From assembly GCF_009914755.1 (NCBI RefSeq), contig NC_060932.1: a stretch of 64,000 nucleotides of DNA; one strand, 5' to 3'. The notes beneath the pieces are model-generated. The model was not told where the DNA came from. It searched no databases and saw nothing but the letters and a program-made list of their open reading frames with translations. Within the stretch, counting starts at the first letter, position 1; each line of letters starts with the position of its first letter. The translations under genes and the position numbers were made by a program. The stretch comes from the human T2T-CHM13v2.0 reference genome, Homo sapiens. Below, in pieces: positions 32,860-45,640 of this stretch.

Positions 32860-35456
32860 ACCCTGTTAGATGGTAGTTCTTCTCATTTAGTATCTAAAGA
32901 AACTGACCTGACAGAGGGCTCAGTTCCTGGCCTGAATGGAAGCAGAACCGAGACATTTTGACTCTTCTGCCTAGAAAGTGGCTACAGACATGCCTTGCAC
33001 ATGTAGACTTTGCTTCCTCTCTCTTACTACGTCTAGGTAACTACTTTGGACATGATGCTTAACCTCTCTGAGCCTCAGTTTTTAAATCTGTAAAATGGAG
33101 AGAATAACATGCAAAATGCCTACTGCAGTGTCTGGGATGAAGTAGATTAACAGTAATGTGATAGTTCTCAGACCTTCCCTACCCTGCCATTGGCAGTATT
33201 CATTGGGAGCTGCTGGGACTCCAAGGGCATGGCTGTCTATGGAGGTGAGGCTGGAATCTGGGCTGTGATCAATGAACTCACAATTGGTTCATGGGCCCAC
33301 ATGGCCAAAGCTACCCTTTCTGTAGCCACTGTCTAGCTAGAAGAGTCGGAATGCCTGGGCTTTGCTTCAGTTCAGGCCAGGAACTGAGCCCTCTGGCAGG
33401 TCAGTTTCTGTATTAGTCCATTTTCATGCTGTTGATAAAGACATACCCGAGAGTGGGAAGAAAAAGAGGTTTAATGGACTTACAGTTCCACATGGCTGGG
33501 GAGGCCTCACAATCATGGTGGAAGGCAAGAAGGAGCAAATCACATCTTACATGGATGGGGGCAGGCAAAGAGAGAGAGCTTGTGCAGGGGAACTCCTCTT
33601 TTGAAAGCCATCAGATCTCATGAGACTTATTCACTATCAAGGGAACAGCACAAAAACACCCGTCCCCATAATTCAATTACCTTCCACTGGGTCCCTCCCA
33701 TGACATGTGGGAATTGTGGGAGTTAAAATTCAAGATGAGATTTGGGTGGGGAAACAGCCAAACCATATATTCCACCCTGGCCCCTTCCAAATCTCATGTC
33801 CTCACATTTCAAAACCAATCATGCCTTCCCAACAGTCCCCCAAAGTCTTAATTCATTTTAGCATTAACTCAAAAGTACACAGTCCGAAGTCTCATCTGAG
33901 GCAAGGCAAGTCCCTTCCACCTATAATCCTGTAAAATCAAAAGCAATTTCCAGGCCCACGGTGCAAGCTGTAGGTGGATCTACCATTCTGGGGTCTGGAG
34001 GATGGCGGCCTTCTTCTCACAACTCCACTAGGTGGTGCCCCAGTAGGAACTCTATGTGGGGGCTCTGACCCCATATTTTCCTTCTGGAGTGCCCTAGCAG
34101 AGGTTATCCATGAGGTTACCCAACCCTGCAGCAAACTTCTGCCTGGACATCCAGGTATTTCCAAACATCCTCTGAAATCTAAGTGGAGGTTTACAAACCT
34201 CAATTCTTGACTTCTGTGCACCCACAGGCTCAACATCATGTGGAAGCTGCCAAGGCATGGGGCTTGCATCCTCTGAAGCCATGGTCTGAGCTGTACCTTG
34301 GCCCCTTTTAGTCATGGCTGGAGTGGCTGGAATGCAGGGCACCAAGTCCCTAGGCTGCACACAGCATGGGGACCCTGGGCCCAGCCCATGAAACCATTTT
34401 TTCTTCCTAGGCCTCTGGGCCTGTGATGGGAGGGGCTGCCGTGAAGACCTCTGACATGCGTTGGAGACATTTTCCCTATTGTCTTGGGGATCAACATTTG
34501 ACTCTTTGTTGCTTATGCACATTTCTATAGTGGGCCTGAATTTCTCCTCAGAAAATGGGATTTTCTTTTCTAATGTATTGTCAGGGTGCAAATTTTCCAA
34601 ACTTTTATGCTCTGCTTCCCTTATAAAACTGAATGTCTTTAACAGCACCCAGTTCACCTTTTGAATGCTTTGCTGCTTACAAATTTCTTCTGCCAGATAC
34701 TCTAAATAAACTCTCTCAAGTTTAAAGTTCCGCAAATCTCTAGGGGTAAAATGCTGCTAGTTTCTTTGCTAAAACATAACAAAAATCACCTTTGCTCCAG
34801 TTCCCAACAAATTCCTCATCTCCATCTGAGACCACCTCAACCTGGATTTCATTGTCCATATCATTTTCAGCACTTTGGTCAAAGCCATTCAACAAGTCTC
34901 TAGGCAGTTCCAAACTTTCCCACATTTTCCTGTCTTCTGAGCCCTCCAAACTGTTCCAAACTCTTTCTGTTACCCAGTTCCAAAGTTGCTTCCACATTTT
35001 CAGGTATCTTTTCAGCAGCACCCCACTCTACTGGTGGGCTATCAATTTACTGTATTAGCCCATTTTCACGTTGCTGATAAAGACATACCAGAGACTGGGA
35101 AGAAAAAGAGGTTTAATGGACTTACAGTTCCACATGGCTGGGGAGGCCTCACAATCATGGTGGAAGGCAAGGAGAAGGAAGTCACATCTTACATGGATGG
35201 CAGCAGGCAAAAAGAGAGAGCTTATGCATAGGAACTCCTCTTTTTAAAATCTTCAGATCTCGTGAGACTTATTCACTATCACAGAGCAGCACAAGAAAGA
35301 CCTGTCCCCATGATAAAATTACCTCCCACTGGGTCCCTCACACGACACGTGGGAATTGTGGGAGTTACAATTCAAGATGAGATTTGGGTGGGGACACAGC
35401 CAAACCATATCAGTTTCTTTATATGCTAAATGAGAATATGTACTCTCTAACAGGGT
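32860..35456. repeat. 129-bp inverted repeat (arm 1 32860-32988; arm 2 33319-33408 joined to 35418-35456)
   Basis: Manual ungapped alignment after removing THE1B and one TSD copy gives 110/129 identity. Confidence 0.9.
33409..35412 (-). mobile_element. THE1B-like MaLR element, LTR-int-LTR, with internal deletion
   Basis: LTRs at about 33409-33769 and 35051-35412 (minus strand starts TGATATGGTTTGGCTGTGTCCCC); THE1-int between them; exact 5-bp TSD GTTTC (33404-33408 and 35413-35417). Confidence 0.95.
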
Positions 35457-35549
35457 TCAACTAGCCTGCCACCCCTTTCTACAGAATATAGTGCTCCCCT
35501 CCTTGAGCCTCCACTATATCTGAAACTTATTTCTATATTGTCCATGTTA

Positions 35550-36060
35550 TATTTCATTCATTCATCAAACAGTGATTGCATCTGATGTGACACATGCCAG
35601 GCTAGGGTCTAGACATACCTGTCTTCAAGGAACATGACCTTCAGTAGCAGAGATATGTCAACACATAAATAAGTGAAAATTGTGAAGTTCCCAGTGGGGT
35701 GCTGGGAAGTGGGCAGCTATTAATATTTCTTTAAGAGGTGACTTCAAGCTGAGATCTGAAGGATGAGAAGGAGCCAACCTTACAGAGTGTGGGGAGGCTG
35801 AGGAGTTTCCTGCACAGGAGCCCTGAGGCCCAGAACAGAGCACAGGACTGGTCAAAGAAAGCAAAGAGGTCCAATCAGCTCGGGTGAAGGGGGAGAGGGA
35901 AGAGCAGGAGGTCACTCACCCCATGCAGGAGGTCATCTACCAAAGCAAGGTGATGGGTTTAATTGGTAGTGAAAAAGTGGGAGGGGCGTGGGGAGGTGTC
36001 AGCAGAGGGTTTTAAGTAAAGTCAGGACATAATTTTCATTTTAATAGGACCCTTTTGGAA
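35550..36060 (-). mobile_element. L2 fragment
   Basis: TTCATTCATTCATCAAAC...GGTGACTTCAAGCTGAGATCTGAAGGATGAGAAGGAGCCA. Confidence 0.75.
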
Positions 36061-36512
36061 TGGCATTTGTTGAGGACAGAGTAAGTATCTAACTTTTGTT
36101 TACCTCCCCAGAGAATGCACAATGGCCAACAGATAGTAGTCACTCAATAAATATCTAGGAAATGAGGGAACTAATAAAGAGAAAAAAGGATATATAGAAA
36201 AATGTGGAAAAATGCTTTCAAGTTACAACACATTATAAATGTGAATGAATAATTGCTATTATTTAAAGATTATTTACATGCCCTTTCAAATCAAATAGAA
36301 GCAAACTCAATGAATTTATTGCATGATCCCTTGAAGAGAAAAAGAAAGCTGTAAAATGACATAGAAAGGGGTTCCAAGCACAATCCAGTCATCATTAGCA
36401 ACAGCAAAACCCCAGCCTTTGGAGGCTGGAAGGAGTATGAGGGTCATTTGCCCCACCCTAGAGGCCAAAAACGCACCTCATGGGATCATGGGATTTTTAT
36501 GAGCACCAGTGA

Positions 36513-36809
<297 letters not shown>

Positions 36810-39555
36810 AGTGCAACCTTCTACATGTGCACTCATTCCCACCGGCCTGGAGCCCTCTGTGGAATCACCTGCTGAACCCAAGTAATTAAACTAAAAGACT
36901 CCTAGTACAAACTATGATTTACTGACCACTTACTAGGGGTCGCTACACATCAAGCACTTGCACCCAGGACCTTGGGTCTTTGCACCTCATCTGATTTGCA
37001 CAATAGTCTCAGTGACTGATGGGGACCACAGAATAGGCCTTTGATTCTAGGACTGCTGTTTCGGCAAAGGAGCCAAATCGTACAAGAACTCAATTTTTAT
37101 TTTTATAAAAATGAAAATAATCCTAGCAGCTACATTTATTGTACCCCCAACGCAGGTTAGAAATGGTTCTTGACACTTTACGTGGTTTATCTCAAGGCTC
37201 GTGCCTACTCCAGGAGGTGGACACCCTTTGTGGGTTTTACAGAAGAGGAAATGGAGGTGCTGAGGTGTAAGTAATGCAGGAGAATTGCAGAAAGAGGAGT
37301 GACAGGGGAGCTGTCAGCAGAACCACAGAAACGTCCAGGGCAGGCTCTGTTCCTAACCAGGGAACTTGCTGTCACCTGGCTTCCCCTCCCCAGCCCCTGC
37401 AATGGGCTCTGAGACTTTCTGCTTAGACATTCAGTGGTGGGAGCTCATTACCTGCCCCCACCCCCAACAAGGCAGCCCATTCTAATTCCAGGCAGCGATG
37501 GGTATTTAAAACTACTTCCTCATGTTGACTCACAATGTGTCTCCTCTCACTTCCCTGATGTATTTTTATCCTACTCTGTTCTGCGGCTGCACCTGCATTG
37601 TTTTGAAATATCATAACAATCCTCCATGGTCAGCACCATCCACCCCAAGACTGAATGCCATGAAGAGTATGTGCCTCAGGAAGAACCAGGCAGAAGCAAC
37701 TGAGTCTCCACCCCAACAACCAGAGCTAGGCGACTATGGAAAATCATTCGACCCCTTAGAGGTCATGTCCTAGTCTGTACAATGGGATAATGCCAGTAAT
37801 AATAACACCTATTTCAGAGCAACGCTGTGAGGCCAAGATGTCATAATAAATATGGAATGCTGAAACACATAAATAAATGCTCCTTCAACTTTCTCATCTT
37901 CTTGGCACAGAATGAGCCCACCACATCAAAGTGACAAAAATTATGATTGAAGAAACATGCAATGAAACTGGATTAAAGATGGCAAAAACATAATAAACAA
38001 TAATTTTTAAAAAAAAAAAGGAAAAAGAAACTTGATTAAAACTTATTATGTGCTAGACTATATACTTACCACTTTTGTGTTTTCTATTCTAAGTTGAAAA
38101 TCTACAAGGTAGATGCCATCAGCATCATTTCACAAATTAAAACAAAACAAAACAAAAACTGGGATTCAGAGATGTCGAACAACCTGCTTAAAGTCACACA
38201 GCTTTTAAGTAGCACATTCAAACTCAGGACTCTTGACCCAAATCCAGTCCTCTTTCCACTCCCAGTCTTCTCTTTCCTCCAACATCTGGCCAAGCCCAGG
38301 TTATTATCAGTGTTTGCTCAGCCCTGGAATAGGCACAGATCATGCTGAGCATCACAGATAGTGTGGAGGAGCTACACATTCAAGTTTGCAGAGTAAATCC
38401 TAAAAAGCCTTAGAGAAGGAACTGCAAGGATGCCAAATCAATCTGAAGGAGGCCTCAGTAGACAAGGAGGCATGGGGAAGACCGGCTGGGGAGACAGATT
38501 TTTGAGCGTCTTTTCACAAAATCTAAAAATTACTAACCTTCTACATGTCAAAAGATATTTTTTTGTCAACACATGCAAGAACACCCTGCTAAGAAGCCCA
38601 AATGAGCAGATGGATGAGTTCGCAGACTCGCAGATGCTGGAGTTGGAAAAGTCCCTGCTGGCAGTCCCCAAAGGACGGCCCAGAAACCCCACCCTACCCT
38701 AGCCCCTCACCAGGCTGAGTTCAATACCTTTCAGAGAGCCTTCAAGCTTCTGGCCTTAGACTGAATCTTGCTCTCTAGAAACCAGGTTGTTGGAAGGTTT
38801 TTTCTTCTTTTTATAATGATCCCCCTGTCTCTGCTTCCTGCTCCTACCTCCCTCTCCTTAGCTTCTCACTGCTTTCCATTTGGCATTCCACAAGCATCTC
38901 ACCTTCACCCCCACAGGACAGAAGGGATCATCCTTCTGTGATAGGCAGGAATTCAAGGCTACAGAGCTCAGATTCAAACAAGTCAGGAGGACACAATTAC
39001 ACCAAAATCTGTCCATCCTCAAAGACCATGAGATTTCCACAGTACCACATTGCCTCTAACTAACTAGAGAATCCCCATTTTGTACTCTGGAAATTTACAA
39101 CCCAGAGATGTCATGTAAATTGGTTTCACATAGGATGGTAAGACCAAAGACAAAATTAGCATACAAAAGTAGAGGCATAAATCTCAATATCATTTCTAAT
39201 TTGGGTTGCAATTTAGACTGTGCTTCCTATGGCCAAAGGAAAAAAAAAGAAGAAAAATGAAAAGAAAGAAACAAGATTAATCCCACAATCAGCATTGTCC
39301 TCAAGGAAACATCTACCAGTGCTGCGTCGACACATGCTTCCTGGTATTCCTGTCTGAAAGAGCAGCTTCCTATGGGCTAGTGATCCTTGGGCAGTAAGAC
39401 CAACTCTCAACTTTCCCACGACAGTTTATTTTGATGTAAGTGGAAAGGGACCCTTGAGTCAGACCTTCTGAACACAGTTCGATGGGACTGAAAGTCCATA
39501 AGTAGGACTCTGGGGTGTTCCCGCCTAAGTTAGTGATAAGAACAAGATCCACCTT

Positions 39556-39722
39556 CTTACTACTCCAAGTGTGGCCTGAAGACCAGCAGCATCAGCATCC
39601 CTGGAGGTGTGGCTAGACATGCAGAATTGCAGACCTCCTGGGCTAGGAATGAGAATCTCCATTTTAATGAGAACAACAGAAGGTTCCTATGCACATTCAA
39701 CTTTAAGAAGTACTGCACTAGG
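39556..39722. mobile_element. MER5A
   Basis: AAGTGTGGCCTGAAGACCAGCAGCATCAGCATC...TGCAGAATT...TTTAAGAAGTACTG. Confidence 0.8.
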
Positions 39723-39867
39723 GCAGTTGCTCTAATTAGCCCCTCCTTAAGAATTGGAGTGTTCACTAAAAATATAAATTCCAGCCTCCCCAAAAGCTAG
39801 ATGCCTGGTCCTTAACCTTGACTGCACATTAGTATCAGTAGAGGGGCTTCATAAAAAAGTGCACATC

Positions 39868-40168
<301 letters not shown>

Positions 40169-40574
40169 TTAGATCCTAACCGCTAGTGATTCTGATTTAT
40201 TAAATATTTGATCTAGGGTGTGAACTAGGCTTCAGGATTCTAAAAGTCTCCTAGGTGATTTTACCATGCAGCATGGTTAAGAAGCCCTGGACCAGAGGAT
40301 CAACATTATGTGTAGCTCTGCTAAACAACACATGGTAAGATGTCAGTGGACACTACTGTGGTGAGACTTAGTTTAGGGTCAGTTAGATCTGGGTTCCTAC
40401 TCCATATGAATTCAGTGAGAATCTATGGACGTGAAGACAAGATTTCGAATGTTTTTAAAGCTCTGCAGTGGACTCTACTTGCAGGTTGAGGATCACTGGT
40501 TAAAGCATACTGCATAGCACCTGGCACATAGTAGGTGACTTATGAATGGTATATATTTTTTCTTAGAAGCCATG

Positions 40575-40817
40575 ATCACACACATCAACAGATACACACG
40601 CACACACACGTGTATATGTATACACATGATTGTATGTCTACATATATGCACACATACATATGCATGTAAACACAAACACACATCTATGATCATATCTGCA
40701 TATCTACATGCAGACATCAACACATACTTATGTGCACATATGTGCATATATATGCATACATATATGTGCGTGTATGTGTATATATGCGTGTGTGTGTGTG
40801 TGTGTGTATATATATAT
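40575..40817. repeat. Compound CA/TA/TG alternating purine-pyrimidine repeat
   Basis: About 240 bp mostly alternating R/Y, ending in (TG)n(TA)n. Confidence 0.9.
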
Positions 40818-40919
40818 TTGAGATAGTTCTGGGCTTCTCAAGGGAGATCCTGGATTTGAGAAGCTTTGACAAATTCCATAAAGAATTAGCAATTAGGATA
40901 TGAGTACTGATGGAGAGTC

Positions 40920-41830
40920 AATTGTTTATTCAGCATAATTTACTGAGAACTCAACTTATGACAGACCCTCTTCCAAGTGCTGGTGATAACAGCAATGAAC
41001 AAGAAAAATCAAGTCTTTGGTCCCATGGAACTTACAGTTTGTTGGGGGGAAAGACATGTAATGAACAATAAGCAAATACTCAAGATGATTTCAGAGAGAA
41101 AAATTCAATAAAGAAGATGTCCCAGGCTGCCATGATTGAAGGGGGTTAGCTACTTTAACTTGGGTGGTTATATTAGTCCATTCTTGCGCTGCTATAAAAA
41201 ATATACAAGGTAGGGTAACTTATAAGAAAAGAGGTTTAATTAGCTGATGGTTCTGCAAGCTGTACAAGCATGGTGCTGGCATCTGCTCAGCTTCTGGGGA
41301 GGCCTTAGGGAGCTTTTACTCACGGCAGAAAGCGAAGCAGCAGGAGCAGGCATCTCACATGGCAGGAGAAAGAGAGAGATAGAGTGGGTGCAGAGATGTG
41401 CCTCATTTTACAACAATCAGATCTCTTGAGAACTCACTCACTATAGCGGGAACAGCAACAAGCCATGACGGATCTGCCTCCATGACCCGAACACCTCCCA
41501 TCAGGCCCCACCTCTAACAATGAGATTACATCTTGGCATGAGATTTAGAGGGGACATCCAAACTCTATCAGTGGTCACAGGAGACCTTTTGGTGGAGATG
41601 ACATTTAAGCTGAGAGATGAGGGACAAAGGAGCCAGCCATGAGAAGATATACAGAAAGCATATTCCAGGCAGAGGGAGCAGCTGGTGCAAAAATCAGAAG
41701 GTGGAAATGAGTTAATCATGTTCAAGGACGAATGTGATTTCATTCCTCTTTTTGTTTGCGATGTAGTTGCATTTGTCACGTAGTTGGCAGAGAACATGGT
41801 AGGAACTGAGCATAGAGAGCTACACTGGGG
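40920..41830 (-). mobile_element. L2 split by an MSTB LTR
   Basis: GTGCTGGTGATAACAGCAATGAACAAG on the left and GACATTTAAGCTGAGA...CATTCCAGGCAGAGGGAGCAGC on the right. Confidence 0.8.
41169..41570 (-). mobile_element. MST solo LTR (MSTB-like)
   Basis: TATTAGTCCATTCTTGCGCTGCTATAAA...CATCCAAACTCTATCA; exact 5-bp TSD GTGGT (41164-41168 and 41571-41575). Confidence 0.9.
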
Positions 41831-42334
41831 CTTGTTCCACAGTTAAGTGTCACACAGTTTTGAACACGGGAGAAAGAAGTGACGCAATTCCTTTATTTTC
41901 TGAAAAAAGCTTGGATTCCAGGAAGACCAGAACAAAGCAATCATCAGGGTTATTGTTCAGCTTGGGGTGGGAGGAGAAAGCTGAGGGTGAGGAGCTCTCA
42001 TTTATTAGGCACCACCTGTCTTCAGTGGCAGGCAGATGTGACTTCATTTAATAGTCCACATCAGCCCTGTGGATAAGATATCATTAACTCTCCTGGACCA
42101 ATTTGGAAACAGAGATTAAGGCTGAGCACCTTGTTTGGCACTATACGACTAATACCATGTGCCCTTCCTTTAGGAAAGCTCTGTCTCCTGAAAACACAGT
42201 TAACTGGGAACTTACAGGCAAACCTCAGGCATGTGGTGGCACTCCCCAAGAGGTGCTCTGGCACCTCAAAAGCACCTGCCCTTCCTCCTTTGCTACCTTA
42301 TGACAAGAAGACAGCACTGAACTCCATAGAAAAT

Positions 42335-42495
42335 TATATAGACACAAAAACATACACACATATATTATATATATACTTGGAATATATATACACATACACA
42401 TGGAGTATGTATATATGGAATATATGTATACATGGAATATGCATATATATGGAATCTGTGTGTGTGTGTATATGTGTGTGTATATATATATATAT
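42335..42495. repeat. TA/CA/TG low-complexity repeat with interspersed TGGAA units
   Basis: Read directly from the sequence. Confidence 0.85.
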
Positions 42496-42519
42496 GAAAT
42501 GAATATGGACCTACTTCAT

Positions 42520-43100
42520 TCCATCTCCACCTCCATCTCCATCCTAGTACAGGTTTCCACATGGACAACTATAACAATCTCCGACCTAGCCCCTCCACAT
42601 TCACTCAACTCCTGATTGCATGCCCACCGGCACCCCCACACCCCAACCACCACCATGTTTACTGCAGCCTGGGAGAACTTTACAAAGTGAGGTTCATGTA
42701 GACCTTCAGATGCTCAAAACCCTGCAGTGGCTTTCACTGCCTACGGGGTGGAGCCCCAGGTCCTGTCAAAGATCAAGGTGCTCCCTGAGCACTTCTCTTA
42801 CCTCTCATCTCACTGCTCTCACTGATGGTCTTGCAACTCTGGAAACTTCAACGTGACCTCTCTTCCCTGGGTCTTCACACACATTCTTCCCTCTGTATCA
42901 ATCACCTTCCTCACATTCTTCATCTATCTCACTCCAACTCCTCCTTCATGTGGTGGCTTCAATGTACTTGCACCATGATTTTGCTAACTATACTGGCCCA
43001 TCACATATGCTCCTAAAGCATCCTATACCCAAAGCACCCTGTAAGACTCAACAGGGATCCCTGCTCTATCAACACCATGAGATTAAGAACTGGTTTTATC
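42520..43100 (+). mobile_element. L2 fragment
   Basis: Pyrimidine-rich; TGCTCAAAACCCTGCAGTGGCTT is L2-like. Confidence 0.55.
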
Positions 43101-44004
43101 TTCCAGACTCCAGCAGAGTTTCAAAACACTATCTGCCTAAGTGAATTACACTATGACCTCCTGAATAGTATGGCATGAGATGATCCTCTGAGAGTTTCTC
43201 TTCCAGTCTTGTATCCTATTCTCAAGTAGGTTAAAAAGAGCCATGTCCTTCTCCTGAATTTTAACAGGTGAGAAACTTCAGTCCAACCTTCCTTTGCTCG
43301 GCTAAAGAATCACAGGGGGAGAGTAGCCCACCATATTGTTCCCAGTCCCATCTGTCCCCCTTGCTAAGTTTTGGGAGACTGAACACAATTTTGATTTTCG
43401 TACACTCTCCAGCATCTCCTAGGCTCCCTCTTTGTCTCTTCTTTCTTCCCACAGTGCTTATCCCCCCTTGCTCTGCTCCCACCCCCTGGAACCATCTTTT
43501 TGTGTTTGCATTTTCCCTCCTGCTCCTCCGTGAGAAGGATCCCATTTCTAAGACTCATGCTTTGCCAGGGCTGCTTGGCATAGGGCTGCCTTCTCCCCAA
43601 GATGCCTGCCAGACCAGCTTAGGCACAAAGGCAGGTGCCACCAGCCCTCCCTTTTCCTCAGCATCAGTTGTCAAGAGCTCTGCTTCCATGAAGCTACCAA
43701 AATAGAATTGTGCTCTGACCTCTGCTTAGCAGGGTTGCCCTCCTGATGGGGAAATCTGCATGTTACATGCCAGAAGCCTGGCCCAATGACCACTAGGGTG
43801 CTCAGAGGCCACAGGGTCCCAACAAAGTGTGGTGAGAAAAAAGCCGGCAGGAGAGAGCCAGGATACGAGAGAGTGAAGGAAGGAGCTCAGTGAGGAAGCA
43901 GAGAGAAGCCTGGGCAGAGAAAAGAAAGGAAGACAGTGGCTGGGAGGGAATCACAGATGGGAAACCGAACATACAGAGGGAATGAGGCAGAAAGGAGATG
44001 AGGA

Positions 44005-44017
44005 TCTCTCTCTCTCT

Positions 44018-44048
<31 letters not shown>
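44005..44048. repeat. (TC)8(GT)14 compound microsatellite
   Basis: TC run 44005-44020, GT run 44021-44048. Confidence 0.95.
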
Positions 44049-44051
<3 letters not shown>

Positions 44052-45051
44052 GTGGAAGATATCTATAGAAATTCTTGTTGAGTATCTGCTCCATTGCTCC
44101 TAAATATCTCATCAGGACTTTCCTGAGCCGCCATTATTATTTAGTTCCCATTTTCCAGAGGAGTAAATGGAGGCTCAGAGAGGCAAAAAAAAATTTATCT
44201 TTGGTTCTCCAGCATATAGTCCAGTATCAGGGCATAAAGTAGACTCTATTCAGCAAAGTATTGCATGAAAAAGGAATACATTAATAGATTTAGCATGTAT
44301 TATTACAAATTCTCTCCTTTTAACATTATATTTTCCTGTATTTCTCTCAACAGGAAACACACTCAAAGGAAAGACCAGCATACTCAAGTGAACAAATGTG
44401 ATGTATTTGTTTCCATATGTTCTGCATTTTGCTGGCAGAGATTCCAGTGCTGGGTGGAAGGTCCTCTTCCTGGTCTCATTTGCATCATCAGCAATGGAGG
44501 TCAGCATGACCAGCAGGCTGCTGCCTCCATGAACATCTTAGTAGATTCCTGATCCCCCTTGTCATCGGTACCCTATGCCAGGTTAGACAATGGGAAAAGG
44601 TATCAGTGACACATCATGTGGGGTTTGAACATGCTCTAAAAATACGGAGAAGTATACGCATGTAGAAGGTAATTGTTTTTGCTGTTACACACTTAGTTCT
44701 ATAAAATAAAAGCTGGGAATTTCTGACATCATCTTTCATAAACTGGTTCCTGATAGCACCAAGAAAACATGGTCACAAGGATTACAAGTCTAGCAAGATC
44801 AGGATTGGAACCCCAATCTTTTTATTTCTATTCATTCAATTGAAACAAATATTTGTCAGGCATCTACTTTTGTGTCTGACAGATTCTGTGTTTGGCCCTA
44901 GGTATAAAGATGGAACTCCTGTCTTTAGAAGGCTAGAGCCAGATGAGGAACCATACATCAAACAAGGGCAAACAAAGAAGCACACATTGAATTACATGCT
45001 ATGAAGGAAAGAAGCGAGATGCCACAAGGAGATCCACTCTGCTGTTAATAA

Positions 45052-45119
45052 TATACATATGTAACTAACCTGCACATTGTGCACATGTGCCCTAAAACTT
45101 AAAGTATAATAAAAAAAAA
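45052..45119 (+). mobile_element. Extremely 5'-truncated young L1PA (about 60 bp plus A-tail) inside an L2
   Basis: TATACATATGTAACTAACCTGCACATTGTGCACATGTGCCCTAAAACTTAAAGTATAAT plus A9 matches the L1PA2-4 terminus. Confidence 0.9.
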
Positions 45120-45640
45120 TAATAGGGCTTGAGAGTGTCTTTCTAAGAAATTGACCCTGGGGCATGAGGAGGCAGATTCCAGATGAAGAGGAGCAAATTG
45201 TTATTCCTGGTCCAGTGACCAGGGGTAAATATACCTTGTACTATTAAGTTATACCTCAGAAAGAAGAAACTCAAGAAAACACCAGATTAATTTTGATTCA
45301 ATAATGACCATTTGTTAAAACCCACTATGTGTCAGTATCTGTCTCAGGTAACACAGCTAGGAAGTGCCAAGGTGGTATTTAAATTAAGATCTGTCTGTTT
45401 GTGAAACTCTATAGATTTTTTTTTTTATCTACTCTTTGGATATGAGTGTCCCATGGAGAGGAGGAAAGGGGAGCAACTGTCAGCCTTCAGTTGCTCGGGT
45501 TACCAGCCCAAAACAAGTCTGAAACACAGCAACCTGCATATGGAGAATTTTCTAGAGAGATTTTATAAGTATCTTTCCAAGGAAAAGAAGTTCAGGTCAT
45601 ATTTACTAGCCTTAGGATTAGACACTTAAAATTAGACACC

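Noticed and set aside
43268-43705. 145-aa ORF
   Set aside because: GTG start, pyrimidine-rich composition, no recognisable homology.
43787-43805. CTCF-like motif TGACCACTAGGGTGCTC
   Set aside because: Two mismatches in the core CCASYAGRKGGCRS, one at a key G.
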